64,000 nt of DNA from NCBI GenBank assembly GCA_044229975.1, contig JBGARZ010000009.1, positions 1-64,000 on the forward strand, read 5' to 3'. A program made the position numbers and the translations under genes. Under the pieces are notes generated by a model. That model worked only from the letters and a program-made list of their open reading frames with translations. It ran no database searches and was not told where the DNA came from. The DNA is from Polyangiales bacterium. GTDB lineage: Bacteria > Myxococcota_A > Polyangia > Polyangiales > Ga0077539. Positions 1-9,047 of this stretch are shown in pieces; within the stretch, counting starts at the first letter, position 1; each line of letters opens with the position of its first letter.

Positions 1-61
1 TGCCCTTCAAGGCGGCGGCCGTCTCCTTCAACACCTTCGTCACGTTGGTCGCGAGTTGCAT
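1..61 (-). mobile_element. Possible 5' end of an ISAzo13-family transposase, running off the window edge
   Basis: ATG at 61 reads MQLATNVTKVLKETAAALKG, resembling my recollection of ISAzo13 transposase N-termini (MELT..LK..L.ETA..LKG). Only 20 codons are visible. Confidence 0.35.
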
Positions 62-208
62 GCCCGACTGCCTGGGAGCTCTGGCGAGCGCTGGACACCC
101 TACGCCCGTTCAGCCCGAGCACTTTGCTGCGGCGCCCTTAGGTGAACGTCGAGCTACGATCTTGCTGATCATTGGTGCCCGTGTTGGATACGTGACCGTA
201 CAGACTAA

Positions 209-844
209 CTAGGAACGTGCTGGGTGTCCTGCCATGCCCGGACGGGGCGCCGCGGTTGACGTAGCTGGGCATACTCGGCCCTTGATATTGCTCGAACTCG
301 AACTCGAACAGCGGCGTCTCACGACGGAACACTCTTGAGAGAGCAGTTCCGAAGCGAAACGGAATGAATCACAGAAGTTCAACGCAGACAAACAATGGGA
401 ACGATTGAAGGGCAGCCCGCTATCTACGCTGACAGCCCGCACGCAAGCCATGCGGTGCCCTGCGTCGCACGCCCGCTCATACATCTCTGCGGCGACTCTA
501 AGGGATCCTGCCCTTCGAAAGGCCGATCCCGCCAAAAAGCACCCGAAACCTATGTGACCAGAACCACTCAAACAGCTCCAGCGCAGCGCAGGAAGCCTCG
601 CCCCCCATCCCATCACCATGCAGGCAAGCAGCAACATGACACCCGCAGGCCCACTGCGCCACGTCGCGAACGCGAGCCATGCTCCCCCGGCCAACAGAAC
701 GAGAACAAGAAAAAATACGACCCCAGACCAATACCGTTCATAGTACAACCCAGTCGCTAATCCCGACATGGAGGCCATGACGCCCGAGGCCAATCCCGCC
801 AACCGCTTCTTCAATTTTTCATCCCACACTTCAGTCACGTCCAT
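209..844 (-). CDS. Putative Rhs immunity protein (membrane protein with a Sel1-like repeat)
   Basis: ATG 8 nt after the Rhs stop; lower GC like the toxin tip; about 3 hydrophobic segments; Sel1-like AAEMYERACDAGHRMAC. Confidence 0.55.
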   Translation of the reverse strand: MDVTEVWDEKLKKRLAGLASGVMASMSGLATGLYYERYWSGVVFFLVLVLLAGGAWLAFATWRSGPAGVMLLLACMVMGWGARLPALRWSCLSGSGHIGFGCFLAGSAFRRAGSLRVAAEMYERACDAGHRMACVRAVSVDSGLPFNRSHCLSALNFCDSFRFASELLSQECSVVRRRCSSSSSSNIKGRVCPATSTAAPRPGMAGHPARS

Positions 845-852
845 CGACCCAC

Positions 853-3800
853 TCAATACCGCGGATGGGACATGCCCCCGAATCTCGTCCGACCCCGGCA
901 CCCGTCAATCAATCCGCGCATTGCCCAGCGCTGTGCATCAGTCGAGTATTCAGAGGCTCGATTTCCAACATTTGAGTCTGACGGAACGCCCACAAGTTCC
1001 TTCAACATATAGTACGCCCTCTGGTTATGCAGAGACCCAAAGCAACCCGCCGGGCCTCTTGAGATCCCTGAGACATAATTCTGCAGATAGTGATCTATAT
1101 TTACCAACGAAGGTCGATTCGCGATCGCCATTGCACTGTCTCGCCTGACTTCGACAACATTTTCGAAAGCCTCGTAGAAGCTACCGTTCGCTCCATCAAG
1201 CGCGTCTTGCAATGCGGCAATCGTCTGCTGTTGGGTGGCACTTGGCCCAACACTTCTTTCCCACGCTGTCTCTTGCTGCACATTCGCTTGGTGTGCGTAG
1301 TAGAGACCGACACCGAAGCCTACCACAAAGGCGATCGGTACCCATGCGACCTCGCCAGTGGGATCGATGTAGTTGACCGGATCGCCCGCCACATACGCAT
1401 ACAGATTCCGCCCATCCACGGCATCCCGCTCCCCGGCCGGATCCCTCGTGAGCCACTGCCGCAGCCGCGGCGAGTACACCCGGGCCGGCGCGAACACCAA
1501 CCCCGTCGGCCGATGCACCACATGTCCAGTGAACCCCATGTGCGTGTCGTACACCCCGAGCCCGCTGCCCGCCGCCGCCACGGTCTGCTCTCCCCACACC
1601 CCATAGCGGTATGTCCGCACCCGATCGCCGTCGAGCGTCAGCCCCATCACACTGCCGCGCACATCGCGTATCACCGCGAGGTGCTCGCCCCCCTGGTCGA
1701 TCCCATCCACGCGGTAGATCCGCTCGATGGGCGTCTCCCCCGACTCCTCGATGCGCTCGCTCCGCAGCGTCCAACCACGCCACCGCAGCTTCACCGTCTG
1801 CGCGCCCTCCACCATCGACGTGAGCCGCCCGGTCGCGTCGTACACGAAGGTCCAGCTCGCGCTGTCCGACACCCGCGTCACGCCCGTCAGCCGATCGCGC
1901 ACGTCCCAAGCATAGGTGTACTCCCCATCCCCCGTCACGCGACCGCGCGCGTCGTGCGTCAGCGTGTGCGTTGGTGAGGCGCTCGGTCCCATCGCCCGCG
2001 TCAGCAGCCGGTCGCTCACCGAGAACGTCCTGCCCTCGATGACGTTCCAGCCCCAGCTCCCGCCGCCCCAGTCCTGATAGCGGTCGATGAGCGTCGTGTT
2101 GCCCCACGCGTCGTAGTAGCTCCAGTTGCCGCTCTCCTGCACATACGTCCCCGCGATGTTGTTGACGTACTCCGAGTGGAACGACACCCGCCGTGCGCTG
2201 TTGTAATAGGTGTACCGCCAGAGCACGTCGTCCCGCTCCGAGTTCACCCGTCCGTCTGCCGTGAACTCCAGCTCCGTCAGGCCCTGCCGCTGGTTCGTCG
2301 TCGCGTTGAGCGTCCGCGCTCGCCACATCCGCAGGTCGTCCGAGGTCGACTGATAGAGGAAGTCTTGCACGCAGTTGGTGCGTGGCAGCGCCGCGAGCGA
2401 CGGGCGACGGGTCGTCACCCCCGAGCCGAAGGTGTAGCTGAGCACCGTCGTCGGGGGCGAGGTCGCGTTGTTGACGAGGCCCGTCAGCCGGTCCGCCGAG
2501 TCGTACTGGTAGGTCAGCGTCTCCCCGTCGTGTGTCACCGACGCGGCCCGACCTCGCACGTCGTGGGTGAACGACGCCGTGTCGGAGTCCGTCAGCGTCA
2601 TCCCGCTATAGGTATCCTCCACCACCCCGACGACCCGGTCGGCGTTGGGCAACGTCGTCGTCGGCATCGTCATTGCCACCACCGTCGCCGCTCCGTAGGT
2701 CAACGCGCGCTCGACCGAGACGCCGCCGTGGAGCGTCGTGGACTCCGTCAGCCGATCCCGCAGCACGTCATAGGTGAGGTCGTCCCGATCGGTGCACATG
2801 CTGTCGCGGCAGACACGCTTCGTGCGCCCCACCTCGTCGTACTCGAAGGTCGTCACCGCCGCGTCCGGCGCCGTCACCGTCGTGAGCTCGCCCGCGTTGT
2901 TGTACGCGTATGCGGTGTCCTCCGAGACGCCACCCGCCGTGCGACGCAGGCGCGTCGGCCGCGTGGAGTAGCTGGTGCTCAACGGGAAGCTCCACTGCGT
3001 CGTCGGCACCGCGCTCCCGCCGGAAACACGGAGCAGTTCGAGCCGGTGAAACCACCCGCTCTCCGCGACGTCGTAGCGGTAGCGCGTCGGGTCGGAGCCG
3101 CCGCTCGTCGTGCTGTACCGCAGTCGGTGCAGCGCGTCGTACGAGCGCACCATCGCGTTGCCGTCCACTCCCGTGACGCTCGTCGCCTCCAGTGCCTGGA
3201 AGGGGTCGCCGTGGGTGTCGAGCGCGAGCGCGCCGTTCTCGTCCCGGTAGCGGTAGTCGTAGGTCACCGTGCGGCTGCCCGGCGCCGTGATGGTGAGCAC
3301 GCGGTCGAGGTCGTCGTAGGTGAAGCTCCGGGTGATGCCCTCGATGCTCGTCACCGTCGCGGGCAGTCCCCGCGTGTTGTAGGTCGTCGACGACGTGCCC
3401 GCGGGGCTGGCCACGCTGGTCAACCGATGGCTCGTGCCGTCGTAGGTGTTGACGACCGTCGAGGAGTCCGGGCGGGTGACGGTCGTGAGCTGGTGGTTCG
3501 TGTTGTACGCGAGCGTCGTGAGCTGGTTGGTGCCGTCGCGCATGGTCACCGGGAGATGCGGATGCGCCGGGTCGTAGGTGAGATCGGCGATGAGCTCTTC
3601 GGTGCTTGAGCCGACGTCGCGCGTCACCCGCGTGAGGTCGCCTTCCGTGTTGTACGAGTAGACGATCCTCTGTCCCTCGTCGTCCGTCGAGGAGGTCATC
3701 CGCCCGTCGGCGTTGTAGGTGAAATAGGTGCTTCGATCCTGCGCGTCCCACGTCGAGCCGGACGGGTTCACCTGGCGAAACAGCCCGGTCACCAGAGCGC

Positions 3801-6380
3801 TCGGCGTGGTCGCGGCATAGAACTCGTCGCGGTCAAGCGACTCAGGGACGGTCTGGCCGAGGTGTGCGTAGAACACGCGCGGCTCGCCCGCCACCACCTC
3901 GCTTTCGAGGATGCTACTCGCGCGCTGCGGGTCGAAGGGCGAATGGATCCAGTGGTAGGTGTGCGCGTCGTGGATGCTCAGGTCCCAGCTCTCGGGCGCA
4001 CCGCTCGACGAGGGGTTGCGAGCCCGCGCTCGCGCGAAGGCGGTGGTGTCCCAGTAGAAGCTGTTGCGCGCGTTGGTGCCCTGCGCCTGCAACGGCCGGT
4101 GATAGCCGGTACCAGCAACGAGCGCCTCGCCGTAGGTGTTCGGCAGGGGCGTGTTGTCCGAGAAGCACAGCGCACTGTCGGTGCACTGGTTGGTGTCGAG
4201 GTCTTGCCGCGCGAGGCGCTCCTGCTCACCGCCCGGGTAGATGACGTCGATCCACCGGCGGCTGTGAACCTGCCGTGAGGGCATCGTGGTGGTGTCCGTG
4301 CCATCGAGCCCCCAGCCGGTGCGAAACTCCGTGCGACCGTACGGGGTCGTCATGAACCGAAGCATGGTCGGATCGGGAATGGAGGACACCTCGCTGGACC
4401 AGCTGATCTCGTGCGGGTCGAGCCCTCGCGGGGCGGTCCCGTACTCGAAGGTCGAGGTGATGCCGCCCATGTCCGTGATGCCTGTGAGCATCAGCGGACC
4501 CTCCTCGCCGACGCCTCCATCGGCCAGCGTCTCGCCGGGGAGGTGAGAGTAGGTGAGGGTCGCCTGCCGATCGCCGATCGAGACACTGCGAATGAGCAGG
4601 AAGGTCGCGGACTCCACGTCGTCGCTGTCGTAGTGGAACACCATCGTGCCCGACGGGGCGACGACGGACTCCAGTCGACGATAGGTCGGGCCGTGGCTCC
4701 CGTAGACGAGCGTCGTGACCCGGCCCTGCGGGTCGCGAATCTCCGTCAATGGATAGGCACCGAACGCGTTGTCACCGCTGCCAGCGTAGGTCTCCTCCGA
4801 GCTGTCGGGAAACCGGCGGGTGATGGTGGTGACATAGCCCGCTGAGTTGTAGTGGAGCTCGATCCGGGTCCCGTTCTGGAAGTCGATCAACGGAGGGAGC
4901 GGATCGTCGGGGTCGACGGTGGAGGTGCGGTATTATTGGACACCGCCCGTTCGCGACAAGAGGCTGACCGACCGGTGATGGATGGCCACGGACGAGGGCG
5001 CGATGAGGTTGCCGGGTGTCCACGGAGACCATGTCGTCGACGACGAGACCAGAATCTCCGAGCGCCAGTTGTGCATCCAACGTGGCCCGACGTGGCCCAT
5101 GTCCAGCGGAGTGCCGCCCCAATCGGACTGATTGTAGGAGAGCGTGAACTCCAACGGGTCGCCCACCGCCGGGTTGTTCCAGACGGGGGTGTCCTCGACG
5201 GCGAGCGTAGCGAGGTGGGTGACGAAGCGGCGGCGAGGCATCATCCGTGAGCCGCCCGACCCGCCACACTCCTTCATCCAGTGCTCTTTGCCCCAGTCGT
5301 TGGACTTGCCCTTCACCGTCGCGCCCGTCCCCAGACGGAGCGCGCCTCGTCCTCCGAGACAGCGGCCCAGTTGGCCGTGATGGCATCGGCCGTTGACGCG
5401 AGCACCACCCCCGACGCCTCCTGATCGAGAATCGCTTCCGTGGTCCAACGGTCTTCACCGAAGGTCGGGTCTCTCAAGAGATAGACCGCGTGGCCCTCGC
5501 CAACCTCGCGCCGATCGATGATCGCCGCGAAGTGTCCCACCTTCCAGTGAACCACCATCGGGGAGGCCCATGGGGTGCCGACAGGGTGGCGCGCGGCGCG
5601 CAGGTTCATCCCCGCGGCCGAGGCGATCTCCGCGAGCTGGGCGACGCTCGTCCCCTGGTGCGTCGAACGGACGGCCCCGATGCGAGGGTCGACGTCGAGA
5701 CGATTGTCGTGGGTCGCCCGCCAGACGGAGCGCAGGGCCAACGGCCCGCAGAGGTATGCCCGGCCTGGGTCGCTCTCCATCGTCAGAAAGCCCTCCCAGG
5801 CATGGGCGAGGCGCTCGGCGGACCCTCCGAGTGGTGGGCGGGTACGCAACGAGGCAAACAGGGGCCGCAGCGCCTCGCGGTGCCCGAGCTGGGCGTGCAT
5901 GACGGCGAGCTCGGTGATCACCTCATCGGCTTGCGCGCGGGCGAGCATCGAACGGGCGCTCTCGAAGCGTCGCCAAGCCGCATCGAGATGGGTGAAGGTG
6001 TCTTGATAACGGGCCATCTCCCTCGCCGCGAGTGCGATGGCGAAGTGGAGAGACGGCGCATAGGGAGAATCGGGATGCGCTGTGACGTAGTTCTCCAGAA
6101 GGGAGAGGTCGAAGGTGTCGCGACGGTGCTGATATTGCCCGATGAGGGCAGTGACCTCGGCCCGCTCCGCCTCGGTGGGCTCCTGCCCGACCGCCACGAC
6201 GACGCGGCTGTTCGGAACATTGGGCACAACCCAGTGCCGTTCGCGCGCACCCGTCAATGGCACAGCGTCGTGCCCGCCGTGCGGCGCGCCTCCGTTGACC
6301 CTTGAGGAGCACGAGAATGTGCTCAATCCCACAAAGGACAACAGGACGACTGTGGCCAGCGACCTGAGCGACCGCACCAT
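853..6380 (-). pseudogene. Lipoprotein / C39 peptidase / Rhs-YD polymorphic toxin (about 1842 aa if repaired), interrupted by one frameshift and one in-frame stop
   Basis: GGAGG SD before ATG 6380; signal peptide ending LSTFSC; C39 motifs CGPLAL, VVHWKVGHF, DPTFG; adding one G at 5324-5326 gives WGRGATVKG and joins ORF 4933..5448; TAA at 4933-4935 is in frame with ORF 853..4890; YD repeats; Rhs core ending NLYAYVAGDPVNYIDPTG. Confidence 0.85.
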
Positions 6381-6638
6381 GGACGACCTCCTCCCCGATG
6401 GGTATGATGAGTGTCCCTTGTCCACCCAGACGCTCGTCGCCGTCAACGACCTCAGAGTGAAATCGCCGTGACGCGACCTTTTCTTCCAATACCGGAAAGA
6501 CGTCCACCGTCACTTCTCCAACTGTGCCCTCGTCACTTTCGTGACATCGATACACGGTGACCATTCGATCGTTTCCTCTTCCTTCAACTGCACGACCTCG
6601 GCAATGATGGGTCTTCACCCTTCAAGGAGGCTTCGTCG

Positions 6639-7300
6639 ATGCGTCTGCCGCCCAGCTCGTCCGCGTATCTCGTGTTTGTCCGTTATGGCCGCTACGTGAC
6701 GCGGCGTTTGCGCCAGGCGGGGCACGCTGACCTCGCCGAGAGCACCGAGCGCGCGACGGCCATCGTTCGCGACACGGGGCGTGCGTGGGAAGACGCGGAC
6801 GATCCGATCCAGGCGGCGTTTGCTGACCGCGATGCGGCCGACGACGAGCTCGACGATGCCACCGAGGAGTTTCGGGTCATCCTCGCGGGCCGTGGCAAGG
6901 AGGCCGTCAAGCAGGCTCCCTACACACTCATCTTCCCAAGGGCATCGGCTACTACACCGCCGCGCCCGTGGACGACAACGCCCGGCGCTACGAGGAGCTC
7001 AAGTCGCGCGTGGTCGAGTCCCTCCCGGCCTCCGACCCCGCCCGCAAAGCCGTCGTGAAGGTGATCGACAAGGGGGTTCCGGCCTTCGTCGCCGCCCAGA
7101 AGGAGCTCAGCGCCGCGGAGACCGCCGAGGGCATCGCGGGGACAAAGGCCCGGTCCTCGTTGCGCTCCTTCGAGCGGCTGATGGAGAAGACGTACGGCGT
7201 CCTGGTGAGCGAGCGAGGCAAGGCAGCCGCGGAGCGGTTCTTCCCGAAGACGCGCGTGGCGAAGGAAAAGACCGCGCCGGAGCCGAAGCCCGTCGAGTAG
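6639..7300 (+). pseudogene. Helical hypothetical protein (about 220 aa) split by a single-base frameshift
   Basis: AAGGAGG SD; adding one C to CCC at 6935-6937 joins ...YTLIFP to KGIGYYTAAPVDDNARRYEEL... (ORF 6968..7300). Confidence 0.75.
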
Positions 7301-7320
7301 CGGCATCGAGAGGCCGCGCC

Positions 7321-7489
7321 GGGGCTCCGGGGCGGCGTGTGGGGACGTCGAGAGGCCACAACGGAGCCCCTGGGGCGCTCTGTGGGGGGCGCAAGAGACA
7401 GCACCGGGACTCCGGGGCGGCTTGTCGAGGTCTCGATGGCCGATCGTGGGGCTCCGGCGCGGTCTTTCGACGGGCAGTAGGCCACCCAC
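7321..7489. repeat. Four degenerate tandem units of about 42 bp
   Basis: Units start at 7321 GGGGCTCCGGGGCGG, 7363 GGAGCCCCTGGGGCG, 7406 GGGACTCCGGGGCGG and 7448 GGGGCTCCGGCGCGG. Confidence 0.55.
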
Positions 7490-7491
7490 GT

Positions 7492-7642
7492 CCGCGGTGG
7501 ACGCCCTTACCCGGAGGGACGCGACCGCCCACGCCCGCGGTCGTCGGCCTCCGGACGAGCGCGCGCGGAAGACGCCGGATCCGATCTCCGAGACTGCGGG
7601 CGTGGGCGGTCGCGTCCCTCCGGGTAAGGGCGTCCACCGCGG
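7492..7642. repeat. Perfect 47-bp inverted repeat with a 57-nt spacer (REPIN/MITE-like)
   Basis: 7492-7538 is the exact reverse complement of 7596-7642; lies between convergent genes. Confidence 0.9.
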
Positions 7643-7654
7643 GCGTCGTGGTCG

Positions 7655-8506
7655 CTATTCGAGCTCGAAGTTGAGCCGGAACGTCGTGACCGTCGCCACG
7701 GCGCGCCCGTCGCGAGCGCGCGGAGTGCTGGCGCGGCAGCCGTTCATCACAGCGCGCTCGGCGGCCCTGCCCAGGCCGAAGCCGGGGTCTTCCATCGACT
7801 GCGCGCGGGTGATGTGCCCTTCGGCGTCGACGCTCACCCGCACCTGCACGCGCATGCCCGTGAGCCCACGCTCCTGCGCCTCTTCGGGGAAGAAGTTGCG
7901 CAGCGAGTCTTCGTCGCACTCGATGCGCGGGCGCTCGCTGAGATCAACGTCGCGCACCGTCGACGGGAGCGCGGGCTGGGTGCCCGTGCTGCCGGGTGTT
8001 CCGTTGGGGTCGGCGTTGCGGACGGGGCCCTGGTTGGCCTCGCCGTTGTTGGCCATGTCGCCGCCGCGGTAGTTGGTGTTGTCGCCCGTCGCGACCGTGT
8101 CCCCCGACGAGTCGTTGGACTGCTCCTCCGCCACCATCAACGGCGGCGGCGCCGTGGGCGCGGGAGGCGGCGGTGGGGGCGGCGGTTCGTTACGCGGCGC
8201 AGGTGCGGCCGCGCGAGCGACCGGCGGCGGCGGAGCCTCGGCGGCGGGCGGTGGCGGCGGCGGCGTCTCGGGTGCGGGCGGTGGAGGCGGCGGAGGCTCC
8301 GGCGGCATCTCGATGTCCACCTGCGAGACGACCGGCACGGGCACCACGTCGCGCTTCGACATGCGCCCGAGGCCCACGAGCAGCACCGCCATCAACACAT
8401 GCAGCACCGTCGCGCCCACGAAGGACGTCGGCATCGCGCGCGGCAGCTCGACCCGCGGCAGCACGCCCGGCCGGGCGTCGATGAGGTCGACCTCGCTCAT
8501 GCTCAT
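7655..8506 (-). CDS. tonB: TonB family energy transducer
   Basis: N-terminal TM with His (ATVLHVLM), long Pro-rich spacer, TonB_C-like end (FPEEAQERGLTG..VSVDAEG..FRLNFELE). Confidence 0.85.
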   Translation of the reverse strand: MSMSEVDLIDARPGVLPRVELPRAMPTSFVGATVLHVLMAVLLVGLGRMSKRDVVPVPVVSQVDIEMPPEPPPPPPPAPETPPPPPPAAEAPPPPVARAAAPAPRNEPPPPPPPPAPTAPPPLMVAEEQSNDSSGDTVATGDNTNYRGGDMANNGEANQGPVRNADPNGTPGSTGTQPALPSTVRDVDLSERPRIECDEDSLRNFFPEEAQERGLTGMRVQVRVSVDAEGHITRAQSMEDPGFGLGRAAERAVMNGCRASTPRARDGRAVATVTTFRLNFELE

Positions 8507-8931
8507 GGCGTCGCTCCCGCCGTCGCCGGCGCCTGTGTCTGGATCACGAACTTGTCCACGCCCGAGCGCCGCACGAGGTCGATGGCGTGCACCACCCGGC
8601 CGTGCGGAACCGCGTCAGCCGCCGCGATGACGGCGCGCACGGTGGGGTTCTCCCGGTGGCGCTCGCGCAGGTACGCGATGGTCGCAGCCTCGGTCATCGG
8701 GCGGGCATCGACGGTGAGCGCGCCGGCCGCGTCGACGGCCACCTGCACCGCGACGTTGACCGCGTTGGAGCCATCGCCCCGCGGCAGGTCGACGGGGATC
8801 GCGTGCGGCGCCACCACGTACTTCGCCGTGACCATGAAGATGATCAACAGCACCAGCGCGATGTCGACGAACGGCGTCACGTTGATGCCGGTGATCGATC
8901 CTTCGTCCTCGCTGCTCGCTCCGCCTGCCAT
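8503..8931 (-). CDS. exbD: Biopolymer transporter ExbD/TolR
   Basis: INVTPFVDIALVLLIIFMV signature; IPVDLP; AADAAVPHGRVV-type C-terminal motif; overlaps the tonB start. Confidence 0.92.
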   Translation of the reverse strand: MAGGASSEDEGSITGINVTPFVDIALVLLIIFMVTAKYVVAPHAIPVDLPRGDGSNAVNVAVQVAVDAAGALTVDARPMTEAATIAYLRERHRENPTVRAVIAAADAVPHGRVVHAIDLVRRSGVDKFVIQTQAPATAGATP

Positions 8932-8992
8932 CGTGTGTCCTTCGATGCTCCGACGAAGAAAAGGGCGCCTCGTGACGCCCTCTCTCCATCAT

Positions 8993-9011
8993 ACTGAAAC
9001 CGTCTGTCAGT
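8993..9011. promoter_or_regulatory. Palindromic operator upstream of exbD-tonB (Fur-like candidate)
   Basis: ACTGAAA-CCGTC-TGTCAGT dyad (6/7 arm match) overlapping a TATGAT -10-like hexamer on the minus strand in an AT-rich patch. Confidence 0.45.
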
Positions 9012-9047
9012 TTAGTAGACGCCCGTCAAGGACGGTCTCGATGGCGA

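Noticed and set aside
138..332. 64-aa ORF as a second immunity gene
   Set aside because: It overlaps the 3' end of ORF 209..844 and has no SD or motif; a frameshifted tail cannot be excluded.
7321..7489. CRISPR array
   Set aside because: Units are degenerate along their whole length, with no identical repeats plus unique spacers and no cas genes.
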